A DNA stretch of 64,000 nt from Macrostomum hystrix (taxonomy: Eukaryota; Animalia; Platyhelminthes): positions 868,001 through 932,000 of the forward strand of contig CATNEN010000002.1 in assembly GCA_950097015.1 (NCBI GenBank), written 5' to 3'. How positions within the stretch are numbered: the first letter of the stretch is position 1; every line of letters begins with the position of its first letter. The position numbers and the translations under genes were made by a program. The notes under the pieces were generated by a model that was not told where the DNA came from, did not search any database, and was given only the letters and a program-made list of their open reading frames with translations. Below, one piece after another: positions 23,465 to 35,496 of this stretch.

Positions 23465-24419
23465 AGAGATGAGACTGGAGATGAGACTGGAGATGAGACT
23501 GGAGATGAGACCGGAGATGAGACTGGAGATGAGACCGGAGATGAGACTGGAGATGAGACCGGAGATGAGACTGGAGATGAGACTGGAGATGAGACCGGAG
23601 ATGAGACTGGAGATGAGACTGGAGATGAGACTGGAGATGAGACTGGAGATGAGACCGGAGATGAGACTGGAGATGAGACTGGAGATGAGACTGAAGATGA
23701 GACTGGAGATGAGACTGGAGATGAGACTGGAGATGAGACTGGAGATGAGACCGGAGATGAGACTGGAGATGAGACCGGAGATGAGACTGGAGATGAGACT
23801 GGAGATGAGACTGGAGATGAGACTGGAGATGAGACCGGAGATGAGACTGGAGATGAGACTGGAGATAAGACTGGAGATGAGACAGGAGATGAGACAGGAG
23901 ATGAAACTAGAGATGAGACTGGAGATGAGACAGGAGATGAGACTGGAGATGAGACAGGAGATGAGACTAGAGATGATACTGGAGATGAGACTGGAGATGA
24001 GACTGGAGATGAGACTGGAGATGAGACTGGAGATGAGACTGGAGATGAGACTGGAGATGAGGCAAGAGATTTGAGATCTAGGGCGAGACAGGAGATGAGA
24101 CTGGAGATGAGACAGGAGATTAAACTGGAGATGAGACAGGAGATGAGACTGGAGATGAGACTGGAGATGAGACAGGAGATAAGACTGGAGATGAGACAGG
24201 AGATGAGGCAAGAGATTTGAGATTTAGGGCGAGACTGGAGATGAGACTGGAGATGAGACTGGAGATGAGACCGGAGATGAGACTGGAGATGAGACTGGAG
24301 ATAAGACTGGAGATGAGACAGGAGATGAGACAGGAGATGAAACTAGAGATGAGACTGGAGATGAGACAGGAGATGAGGCAAGAGATTTGAGATTTAGGGC
24401 GAGACAGGAGATGAGACCA
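23465..24419. repeat. 12-bp minisatellite (GAGATGAGACTG), with a composite higher-order block in its last third
   Basis: Direct reading. The interrupting motif GGCAAGAGATTTGAGAT(C/T)TAGGGCGAGAC recurs at about 24061, 24207 and 24377. Confidence 0.95.
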
Positions 24420-25466
24420 TAAGTGACAAAAAACTGAAACACAAGTTGATAAATCGATTCTCCAGCCGCATAATTCCATTGACGCCCCAGCTGCCACAGC
24501 GGAAAGGGTGCAACAGTGGAGTCACGGGCGCGACCCTGGGGGGGTAGGCCGTCCTCTCTGCTCAGGCAGATCTCCAACTTAGCTGAGCACAGTGGGGATC
24601 AGTCAGTGACTTGCCTGGGAGGGTCTGACTGCATCTGCAGCTACTGAGGAATCCTCCAGCACCAAGTGCGTGACTCAGCCAGTTCTATTTTTAGCGCAAC
24701 CAAGTCGCTTTCTAAAATCCCTCGTGACTAAAACCGAAATTCCAAACTCTCGCGCCAGAAATCTCCCCTTTACGATTTGTCCAACGCGTGGCCCTCATGG
24801 GGCTTCGTAAAGCTGCCTTCCCAGCGCCATTGGGATTGGCTGGCCGAACCCACCCTTGTCCCCTGATCCTCTTCCTCATTTTCCCCGCATGGGAGAGCAG
24901 AATCTAATAAGTAGTGGGCGCCTTACTTCTCCCACGGGTCGTCCCAGGGTCAGGCCAGGAAAATCCCAAGATCCCACTCTGAAAATTCATCAAATTCAAC
25001 TCGGACTACAGCGTCGTAAACAATCAGCTCTTTGTTTCAATTTTCGAGCTAAAGACTTTGCTTTCACTTGGTCGGCCCATTGGTGAGTGAAAATAACTTC
25101 ATAATATTAATCTCATGCGTTGATTATCTTTACATAATGATAGGATTTGCCATTTGCTAAGTAAAAAATCCCTTAATCATCATTGAATTCCTTGTCATTC
25201 CTAACTAGATTTGTGGATAAACTACTCACTACCCAGTACCAAGCTCTAATGAACTTCCTGCTCTTGACCGCCGCCCTTGAGTCGCTTCCTTTTTGTCTTA
25301 ATGATGCATTGAGTAGTTCTGTACTACATTTTGAGTGCTTCGTCCAGATTGAAGTGGCATTCAGTTCTATATAGGCTGACTTGCTTTTTATAATAATATG
25401 ACGCACATGTGATGTCGCTTTGGGCCAGGGTTTAACAACATTTTGCACTTTTTCTGGATTCATTTT

Positions 25467-26727
25467 TGTGGATGGACTGAGTGAAGTAGAGTGGGTGGAT
25501 ACAGTGAAGTAGAGTGGGTGGACTGAGTGAAGTAGAGTGGGTGGACTGAGTGAAGTAGAGTGGGTGGACTGAGTGAAGTAGAGTGGGTGGACTGAGTGAA
25601 GTGGAGTTGGTGGACTGAGTGAAGTAGAGTGGGTGGACTGAGTGAAGTGGAGTTGGTGGACTGAGTGAAGTGGAGTTGGTGGACTGAGTGAAGTGGAGTT
25701 GGTGGACTGAGTGAAGTAGAGTGGGTGGACTGAGTGAAGTAGAGTTGGTGGACTGAGTGAAGTGGAGTTGGTGGACTGAGTGAAGTGGAGTTGGTGGACT
25801 GAGTGAAGTGGAGTTGGTGGACTGAGTGAAGTGGAGTTGGTGGACTGAGTGAAGTGGAGTTGGTGGACTGAGTGAAGTGGAGTTGGTGGACTGAGTGAAG
25901 TGGAGTTGGTGGACTGAGTGAAGTAGAGTGGGTGGACTGAGTGAAGTGGAGTTGGTGGACTGAGTGAAGTAGAGTGGGTGGACTGAGTGAAGTAGAGTGG
26001 GTGGATACAGTGAAGTAGAGTGGGTGGATACAGTGAAGTAGAGTGGGTGGATACAGTGAAGTAGAGTGGGTGGACTGAGTGAAGTAGAGTGGGTGGACTG
26101 AGTGAAGTAGAGTTGGTGGACTGAGTGAAGTGGAGTTGGTGGACTGAGTGAAGTAGAGTGGGTGGACTGAGTGAAGTGGAGTTGGTGGACTGAGTGAAGT
26201 AGAGTGGGTGGACTGAGTGAAGTAGAGTGGGTGGATACAGTGAAGTAGAGTGGGTGGATACAGTGAAGTAGAGTGGGTGGATACAGTGAAGTAGAGTGGG
26301 TGGATACAGTGAAGTAGAGTGGGTGGATACAGTGAAGTAGAGTGGGTGGATACAGTGAAGTAGAGTGGGTGGATACAGTGAAGTAGAGTGGGTGGACTGA
26401 GTGAAGTAGAGTGGGTGGACTGAGTGAAGTAGAGTTGGTGGACTGAGTGAAGTGGAGTTGGTGGACTGAGTGAAGTAGAGTGGGTGGACTGAGTGAAGTG
26501 GAGTTGGTGGACTGAGTGAAGTAGAGTGGGTGGACTGAGTGAAGTAGAGTGGGTGGATACAGTGAAGTAGAGTGGGTGGATACAGTGAAGTAGAGTGGGT
26601 GGATACAGTGAAGTAGAGTGGGTGGATACAGTGAAGTAGAGTGGGTGGATACAGTGAAGTAGAGTGGGTGGACTGAGTGAAGTAGAGTGGGTGGATACAG
26701 TGAAGTAGAGTGGGTGGATACAGTGAG
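25467..26727. repeat. 23-bp minisatellite (GAGTGGGTGGACTGAGTGAAGTA), about 54 copies
   Basis: Direct reading; variant units (TTGG/GGGT, ATAC/ACTG) form blocks. Confidence 0.95.
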
Positions 26728-27384
26728 GCACAGCGGGTTTAGACTGTGTTAGCGGGTTTAGACCGCACATGTTTATTGCAGTACTCAGTGATCAGTGATC
26801 AGTGATCATATTTTGTTACCACACCCATTCAACTGCGGTAATTGCGCTGCTAATTTATTACCGGACATTGATTGATTTGCAGGCTAAAAATAGAAAAAAC
26901 GGCTGGTAATAAAACCGTGCGAGGTCACACCAGGTCACAGCGGTTTACTCCGACAAGGGTGCAAGCTAGAATAATTTACTGTGTGTCTATCAAAATACTA
27001 ACAGTCGCTTATCAGTGGAGCAGGAAGGGTTCACCGCTTATCAAACACTTTTCTGTTAAATGCTCATTTCTGTATTTGTTTGCAGTCGCATTGCTGGTTG
27101 TTCGTGGAACTGGCTAAGCTCCTATAGTTCCTATTTACCATATTAGGCATATGTGACAAATTAATTTAAGTAGGCCCAATGCTTTTAGTCTGTCAAGATT
27201 TATTAATTTACCTGTGTGCAGTGTGCTGGGTCTAGATGCAACTGTTGCCTTGGCGGCACTGATTGACTATCACTTCCAGAGGAAAGTGAAAGGTGAATGC
27301 TTTGCTATAAATTATTTGGAAGTTGTAAATATTAAGAAAGTACAGACAGTTTATTTATAGACGTATAAAGAATAGAGTGATATG

Positions 27385-28200
27385 AGAGATAAGGGAAGAT
27401 AGATAGGAGAGAGTGAGATAGGATAATATGAGATAGAAGAGGGTAAGAGAGGAGAGGGATTAGGGAGAATAGAGATGGGAGAGAGGGAGAGAGGAGAGAA
27501 ATTAGGGAGAATAGAGATAGGAGAGAGGGAGAGAGGAGAGAAATTAGGGAGAATAGAGATAGGAGAGAGTGAGAGAGGAGAGGGATTAGGGAGAATAGAG
27601 ATAGGAGAGAGGGAGAGAGGAGAGAAATTAGGGAGAATAGAGATAGGAGAGAGGGAGAGAGGAGAGAAATTAGGGAGAATAGAGATAGGAGAGAGTGAGA
27701 GAGGAGAGGGATTAGGGAGAATAGAGATAGGAGAGAGGGAGAGAGGAGAGGGATTAGGGAGAATAGAGATAGGAGAGAGGGAGAGAGGAGAGAAATTAGG
27801 GAGAATAGAGATAGGAGAGAGTGAGAGAGGAGATGGATTAGGGAGAATAGAGATAGGAGAGAGTGAGAGAGGAGAGGGATTAGGGAGAATAGAGATAGGA
27901 GAGAGGGAGACAGGAGAGGGATTAGGGAGAATAGAGATAGGAGAGAGGGAGACAGGAGAGGGATTAGGGAGAATAGAGATAGGAGAGAGGGAGAGAGGAG
28001 AGAAATTAGGGAGAATAGAGATAGGAGAGAGTGAGAGAGGAGAGAAATTAGGGAGAATAGAGATAGGAGAGAGTGAGAGAGGAGAGAAATTAGGGAGAAT
28101 AGAGATAGGAGAGAGTGAGAGAGGAGAGAAATTAGGGAGAATAGAGATAGGAGAGAGTGAGAGAGGAGAGGGATTAGGGAGAATAGAGATAGGAGAGAGG
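27385..28200. repeat. 42-bp purine-rich minisatellite (GAGAATAGAGATAGGAGAGAGGGAGAGAGGAGAGAAATTAGG), about 18 copies
   Basis: Direct reading; 14-aa periodicity in the ORF track. Confidence 0.95.
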
Positions 28201-28953
28201 AAGATTAGACATGGGAAATGGGAGACGGGAGAGTGGAAGATAGGCGAGGGGAGTTTGGGATGTGGGGGATTGCAGATAAGAGAGGGAGATGGGACAGAGG
28301 GAGACAGTATAATGTTATTATGTCTGTGAATGTGAGTATATAATCATAGGATTGGACCAATGCAAAGCTAATTGAGTCCTGTAACCTGAGCGGCTCAAAG
28401 GCGAGCTGAAAAACTTTCTCTACCATTAGACGGTGCGGGGGCTGGGATTTTTTCGAATGGGATTTTTATGGGAAATACGCGGCCCCTTTGCTATGAAAGG
28501 GGATATATTTTCGGAAGAGTCTGCCCTACTTTTCACAATTATTTATTTATACCTGCCATTGTAGAATACTAGCTAGCTGCTACCTTTCTACCCTAGTCAA
28601 AAGTCGAGTGGATCGAGGAACTTACTGGGCGGTTACTGAGGTAGCGAAGGGGGAGACGGGGGAGAGGCAAGTTTGCCAGCTCGTACAACAGAATATTCGG
28701 CCATATAGTTAGGGAAAATATTGACCTTCAAGCTTCCTGCGCTTCTCCCCATCCTGCCTGGATTCCAAGAAACACAACTCCCAAGCTGTGACCCCCGCAT
28801 ATAAAACTCTCCGCCCCAACCTGGAGGCAGAAATTGATGACTGGAATTTTCCCATGTAGTTGCTAGAGGTAGCAAACCTGCTATAGCTGATGTAGGATGT
28901 CATTTGATGTCTTTACAGATGTCAGTCCTGCTTCTCATCTCTATGTGTTTGCG

Positions 28954-28985
28954 CACCTGCAGGTGTCAATCATGCCCGCCACGTG
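28954..28985. promoter_or_regulatory. Palindromic double E-box CACCTGCAGGTG plus a CACGTG
   Basis: Perfect 12-bp palindrome at 28954-28965 and CACGTG at 28980-28985. Function is inferred only. Confidence 0.25.
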
Positions 28986-29094
28986 TGTGATTGGGCTGGA
29001 TTAGTTGGAATTCTCAGGAAATTAGTTTGTTTTCTAATGATCGAGCGCGATGTGTCACCGCGATTCGAATCCACGCTTTTGAAGGGTTTTGGAT

Positions 29095-29890
29095 TTCAGA
29101 TTTAGAATCGGGATTTTTCGGAATCGGGATTACGAATCGGGATTTAGAATTGGGATTTGTTATTAAAAGTTGAAATTTTTAACTCAAACATAGGATTTGG
29201 ATTCCTAAATTGGGATTTTAAATAGAATCCAATTGGGATTTTTCGGAATAGGGATTTTCAACACAGAATTAGGTTTTATACTCAGAAGTGGGATTTTGAT
29301 TCAGAAGTGGGATTTTACTCGTAGATTCAGAAGTGGGATTTTAGATTCAGAAGTGGGATTTTACTCGTAGATTCAGAAGTGGGATTTTAGATTCAGAAGT
29401 GGGATTTTTTGGAATCGGAGTTAAAGATTTTAAATTGGGATTTTTTATTCGAAGTTGAGATTTTAAACTCAAATATGGAATTTGGATTCCTAAATTGGGA
29501 TTTTAAATGGAATACAAGTTGGGATTTTCCGGAATTGGGATTTTTAACTCAGAATTTAGGTTTTAGATTTAGAAGTGGGATTTCAGATTTAGAAGTGGGA
29601 TTTTAGATTCAGAAGTGGGATTTCAGATTTAGAAGTGGGATTTTAGATTCAGAAGTGGCATTTTAGATTCAGAAGTGGGATTTTTGGAATCGGGATTAAA
29701 TATTTAGAATTGGGATTTTAACATCAAATATGGGATTTGGATTACTAAATGGGATTTTAAATAGAATACAAGTTGGGATTTTTTGTAATAGGGATTTTTA
29801 ACACAGAATTGGGTTTTCGATACAAAAAGTGATTTTAGATGCAGAAACGGGACTCGAGATGCAGAATTGGGATCTTTAATTCTTTTTGGG
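29095..29890. repeat. Degenerate GGGATTTT/AGATTCAGAAGT array with three higher-order blocks of about 250-290 bp
   Basis: TCAAA(C/T)AT.GG.ATTTGGATT.CTAAA(T)TGGGATTTTAAAT.GAAT recurs at about 29185, 29469 and 29724. Confidence 0.8.
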
Positions 29891-30458
29891 ATTTCAAATT
29901 AACAATTCAGAACTCAGGATTTAGGATTAAGCAAATATTTGATCTCAGACATGAATTTAGTTGATTCTAGTTTGAGTCGAATCGTCCTGAATCTTTGAAA
30001 AGTGAAACGGAAGTATTTCAGTTGCAACATATTTCTCAAAGAGTCAGAAAACAGGTTTGAAGATTTCTAAGGATCCCGGAAGTCTTCAATCAGCGCCAGC
30101 TGCGGGCACCCTTATTATGCGGTATTTCAGTTTCAGGACAGTCACAAAAATAAATGGGTCAGCGCGGGTAGACTAATGTATTTTCCCCTCGAAAATATTG
30201 CAGGTGTGCTCAAAACAGGCAGCTAGGACACTGCTGTACATCAGTTCTCAACAGTTCTCAGTCTAAATTTTTTAGTCTCGCTGAGCACACAGGGGAATAA
30301 TAAGTTTTCGTTATTTGGACTCGCTCGGGGCAATGTTAAAACTATCCATTCAAAATGCTCTGCTTGCTTACTGGAATGTCCAAATGCTTCAATGAGGTTT
30401 CGTTTTTCTCCTCGGTAAAATTTACTGACTGATTGAGGGTAAAAATGAGAATGTAGAG

Positions 30459-31768
30459 ACGGAGAGAGTAGGAAGTAGAGAGGGGAAGAGAGAGTAGAGA
30501 GGGGGAGGAGGAAGTAGAGACGGAGAGGAGGAAGTAGAGAGGGAGAGGAGGAAGTAGAGAGGGAGAGAGGAGGAAGTAGAGAGGGAGAGGAGGAAGTAGA
30601 GAGGGAGAGGAGGAAGTAGAGAGGGGGAGGAGGAAGTAAAGACGGAGAGGAGGAAGTAGAGAGGGAGAGGAGGAAGTAGAGAGGGAGAGGAGGAAGTAGA
30701 GAGGGAGAGGAGGAAGTAGAGAGGGAGAGGAGGAAGTAGAGAGGGAGAGGAGGAAGTAGAGACGGAGAGGAGGAAGTAGAGAGGGAGAGAGGAGGAAGTA
30801 GAGAGGGAGAGGAGGAAGTAGAGAGGGAGAGGAGGAAGTAGAGACGAAGAGAGGAGGAAGTAGAGAGGGGAAGAGAGAGTAGAGAGGGGGAGGAGGAAGT
30901 AGAGACGGAGAGGAGGAAGTAGAGAGGGAGAGGAGGAAGTAGAGAGGGAGAGAGGAGGAAGTAGAGAGGGAGAGGAGGAAGTAGAGAGGGAGAGGAGGAA
31001 GTAGAGAGGGGGAGGAGGAAGTAAAGACGGAGAGGAGGAAGTAGAGAGGGAGAGGAGGAAGTAGAGAGGGAGAGGAGGAAGTAGAGAGGGAGAGGAGGAA
31101 GTAGAGAGGGAGAGGAGGAAGTAGAGAGGGAGAGGAGGAAGTAGAGAGGGAGAGGAGGAAGTAGAGACGGAGAGGAGGAAGTAGAGAGGGAGAGAGGAGG
31201 AAGTAGAGAGGGAGAGGAGGAAGTAGAGAGGGAGAGGAGGAAGTAGAGACGGAGAGGAGGAAGTAGAGAGGGAGAGGAGGAAGTAGAGAGGGAGAGGAGG
31301 AAGTAGAGACGGAGAGGAGGAAGTAGAGAGGGAGAGGAGGAAGTAGAGACGGAGAGGAGGAAGTAGAGAGGGAGAGAGGAGGAAGTAGAGAGGGAGAGGA
31401 GGAAGTAGAGAGGGAGAGGAGGAAGTAGAGACGGAGAGGAGGAAGTAGAGAGGGAGAGGAGGAAGTAGAGAGGGAGAGGAGGAAGTAGAGAGGGAGAGGA
31501 GGAAGTAGAGAGGGAGAGGAGGAAGTAGAGAGGGAGAGGAGGAAGTAGAGACGGAGAGGAGGAAGTAGAGAGGGAGAGAGGAGGAAGTAGAGAGGGAGAG
31601 GAGGAAGTAGAGAGGGAGAGGAGGAAGTAGAGACGGAGAGGAGGAAGTAGAGAGGGAGAGGAGGAAGTAGAGAGGGAGAGGAGGAAGTAGAGAGGGAGAG
31701 GAGGAAGTAGAGAGGGAGAGGAGGAAGTAGAGAGGGAGAGGAGGAAGTAGAGAGGGAGAGGAGGAAGT
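30459..31768. repeat. 20-bp near-pure polypurine minisatellite (GAGGAGGAAGTAGAGAGGGA), about 63 copies
   Basis: Direct reading; 19 of 20 bases are purines, with 22-bp and ACGG variants. Confidence 0.95.
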
Positions 31769-32120
31769 GGAGATGGAAGAGAGAGGTGTTGAGAATGACA
31801 AAGAAGGTGATAAAAATGTAATGGTGTACGGAGACTGAGAAATTGAAGTCGTTAGCAATATTGCGATATCTGGTAAATATTTGTTCTCTTGAAATCTTAG
31901 ACTCGGCCTAGACTCATCTAAGCAAATAAACACTCAAGTTTTTACTGCGAGGCTAAAGGCGAGACAGGCTGTGTGTACAGTGGCGTTGCAGTGAGAGATA
32001 CAGAGCATTGTACCAGAGTGAAGTGTGTACTCTATCTGTTTCCCATCTAAATTTAGCCGAAATTCAACCTGTACTTATCATCACCTATGGGCTTAGTTTA
32101 AGGGAAAACAAAACTTTGCT

Positions 32121-32323
32121 CGGGATTCGAGGAATCGGGATTCGAGGAATCGGGATTCGAGGAATCGGGATTCGAGGAATCGGGATTCGAGGAATCGGGA
32201 TTCGAGGAATCGGGATTCGAGGAATCGGGATTCGAGGAATCGGGATTCGAGGAATCGGGATTCGAGGAATCGGGATTCGAGGAATCGGGATTCGAGGAAT
32301 CGGGATTCGAGGAATCGGGATTC
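32121..32323. repeat. Perfect 15-bp array (CGGGATTCGAGGAAT) x about 13.5
   Basis: Direct reading; no variant units seen. Confidence 0.97.
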
Positions 32324-33039
32324 TAATTTGAGCGCTGTTTTCCCAATCACCATTTTCAGACTCTCTGTAAGGGTGGGATCAGTCACTCACTGAAATCTAT
32401 TTTGCTGCCAGGGCTTAGGACTTGTCATAGAGTCGGGATTTGTAGCCAGGAAAATCCCAACGGCTTTGGAAGGCAGTCAATAACTCAGCAATGATCCTAC
32501 TGAGCTATACTGTTGTGCAACTAAATCCCAATTCAACTGCTTGTAAATAGGAGTTACTTAGCGACTTACGCCGGGCAAAAACAAAATAAAAAATACTTAT
32601 TTTTAGTTTTGCTTCTTCATATTTACCCGACAATTTGTTTTACTTCTTTTTTATTCTTTGGTTTTATTGCCAAATGTTTTGTTGACATTTACAAGATCAG
32701 AAAATCATACTCCAGCTATACTACTTACATGGCTCAGCAGAAGTAGTGTCATTTTTTCAAACTAAATCGTAAATGATTCTTTTATATTGTTTAGATTTTT
32801 TTAAATGCTGTAAATTCAACGAAATTCGATGCTGAAAAATAGCAAACAGGAAGGAAAACGATACTATTTTAACAGAAAATTGTAGCAAAATGTAGACAGC
32901 AACACCAAGCAATGTCTATGCCTTGCTGCTGCTTCAAGGCTTTAAAGGAAACTTAGAGATTGTGGTCAAGAAAGTAGAAAATTGAATAGTGAAAGTGAGT
33001 TTAAAATTGTGAGACTGAGAGTCATCGGGTGAGGGTGAT

Positions 33040-33117
33040 TTAGAGTGAGAGTGAGAGTGTTTGAGAGTGAGAGTGAGAGTGAGAGTGTTTGAGAGTGAGA
33101 GTGAGAGTGAGAGTGTT

Positions 33118-33155
<38 letters not shown>

Positions 33156-33195
33156 TTTGAGAGTGAGAGTGAGAGTGTTTGAGAGTGAGAGTGTT

Positions 33196-33227
<32 letters not shown>

Positions 33228-33229
33228 TT

Positions 33230-33261
<32 letters not shown>

Positions 33262-33291
33262 TTTGAGAGTGAGAGTGAGAGTGAGAGTGTT

Positions 33292-33329
<38 letters not shown>

Positions 33330-33369
33330 TTTGAGAGTGAGAGTGAGAGTGTTTGAGAGTGAGAGTGTT

Positions 33370-33401
<32 letters not shown>

Positions 33402-33403
33402 TT

Positions 33404-33444
<41 letters not shown>
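33040..33444. repeat. (GAGAGT)n microsatellite with GTTT interruptions
   Basis: Direct reading. Confidence 0.95.
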
Positions 33445-34074
33445 ACAAGAAAGAATTTCAGTTAAGGTTCATTAACAGTTAAGGTGACAGAGCTTGTGAC
33501 AGACAATGAGACAGTAATTGTGCGACACAGAGCAAATACAAGATTGCTAATTGTTACAAATCTGGTAGCGAACAGTGAAAGGATCGCTAGTCGCTATAGT
33601 TGCTAAAAGTAAATACTTTTCAGTAAAATTCAGAGTGTGTGTGAAACAGGATATTCTGAATTTTTTCTTAGCCAGGGACACCGTTAGGCGCAATATATTT
33701 TTTACGATTCAGACCCACGTCACCACACTAAATTTTTTTTCTCTGCCCACGCCAGCGGAATATAAAATGTGACCATTTTTGTTAAGTTCATTAGGACACG
33801 AAAATGACGTAGAAATGTTGGATAAAAATACCCCGCTTAATGGAGTTGGGAATTGAAGATTCACAGGAAAATTAGGCGCTAGAATTCGCTTCTGCCTTTT
33901 TATCTTCTTTTTTTCTTAATTGATCGGCGCCATTTGAAGATTTTCTTCGTGAATTCCTGCGATATGCAGGGATAATTTAAGATTAGTCATATCTAGGGAT
34001 TAACGGCTTACCAAACATTGCAAATAAGATTGAGAACGAGAACGAAAATGAGAATGATCTTGAGATTTAGGCAG

Positions 34075-34806
34075 AGAATCATATTGAGATTGAGGGTGAG
34101 AATGATATTGAGATTGATGGTGAGAATGATATTGAGATTGAGGGTGAGAATGATATTGAGATTGAGGGTGAGAATGATATTGAGATTGAGGGTGAGAATG
34201 ATATTGAGATTGAGGGTGAGAATGATATTGAGATTGAGGATGAGAATGATATTGAGATTGAGGGTGAGAATGATATTGAGATTGAGGGTGAGAATGATAT
34301 TGAGATTGAGGATGAGAATGATATTGAGATTGAGGGTGAGAATTATATTGAGATTGAGGGTGAGAATGATATTGAGATTGAGGGTGAGAATGATATTGAG
34401 ATTGAGGGTGAGAATGATATTGAGATTGAGGGTGAGAATGATATTGAGATTAAGGGTGAGAATGATATTGAGATTGAGGGTGAGAATGATATTGAGATTG
34501 AGGGTGAGAATGATATTGAGATTGAGGGTGAGATAGGTATTGAGATTGAGGATGAGAATGATATTGAGATTGAGGGTGAGAAAGGTATTGAGATTGAGGG
34601 TGAGAATGATATTGAGATTGAGGGTGAGAATGATATTGAGATTGAGGCTGAGAATGATATTGAGATTGAGAGTGAGAATGATATTGAGATTGAGGCTGAG
34701 AATGATATTGAGATTGAGGGTGAGATAGGTATTGAGATTCAGGATGAGACTGATATTGAGATTGAGGGTGAGAATGATATTGAGATTGAGGGTGAGAGTG
34801 ATATTG
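34075..34806. repeat. 24-bp minisatellite (GAGATTGAGGGTGAGAATGATATT), about 30 copies
   Basis: Direct reading. Confidence 0.95.
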
Positions 34807-35496
34807 ACAATTATTTTTAGAATTAAACAATAATAATGAGAGTCAGAATGAGAATGCTGTGCGTAAGAGAATACTATACTGAGTTAGTCAAGTTGGTCTT
34901 CAATGAAATTCATGAGCTTGTTTACTGAATGAACTTTAGCCGGCCAATACTGGCCTAGGCAATGACAATAGATAATGTCTAGGGTTATCCCACTATAGCC
35001 ATATCTTTATCAACAAAAGGTTTCTATAGAAGATAAACGACCCCACCTTGATTTGGTAACAGTGGCTTGGGAAAAGTTGCGGATTTCTCTCCTGGATCTC
35101 CTCCAAATCTCCTGTCTGGAGCTTCAAGAAATCGTTTCTATTCTATTGGCGCAGCGACCCCAATCGATAATCGACTTGCTTCTCTTCCTATTCACCCACC
35201 CCAAACGTTTCTTTGGGGGGTCAGGACTCGGGAGGGAGAGAGAAAGGGAAGTCAAAGAATGAGGATCAGAGCCGGGTGAGTGTGTTCCGATTCCCCCCGG
35301 CGGCCAGTCGATAATCCAATCCGCAGCCACCTCATCCACGCCTCCAAAGAAAGGGCCGACTTGCTAAATCTGCAGCTCTCCTTCCGGGTCCAAACGGAAA
35401 AGAGATCAGAGAGGAACAGAGAAAGGAGGGTTTTGCCCCAACCTCCGGCTGAGTCCAACCCCCCTCCTCCACAATTCGCCCAGTTCTATATCCTTG

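Noticed and set aside
24789-24803. TGGCCCTCATGGG match to the SINE body
   Set aside because: Only about 13 bp match, with no flanking similarity.
28860-28879. GTTGCTAGAGGTAGCAAAC as an X-box
   Set aside because: The half-site spacing is too long and the right half is imperfect.
33040-33444. Possible interstitial telomeric repeat
   Set aside because: The unit is GAGAGT, not TTAGGG or TTAGG; it is an ordinary hexamer microsatellite.
16432-34806. CRISPR-like appearance of 20-24-bp repeats
   Set aside because: The units are contiguous with no unique spacers, there are no cas genes, and the context is eukaryotic.
10124-34830. Long repetitive ORFs (THDFL, KSWVR, LSTLSS, ETGD, LEMR, GRIEIGER, LPLYFLLS, GIR, LRLRVRMI and others)
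   Set aside because: They are translations of stop-free minisatellite units, often open in several frames and on both strands. Only the last 154 nt of the 10124-10969 ORF is real (CDC50 exon 4).
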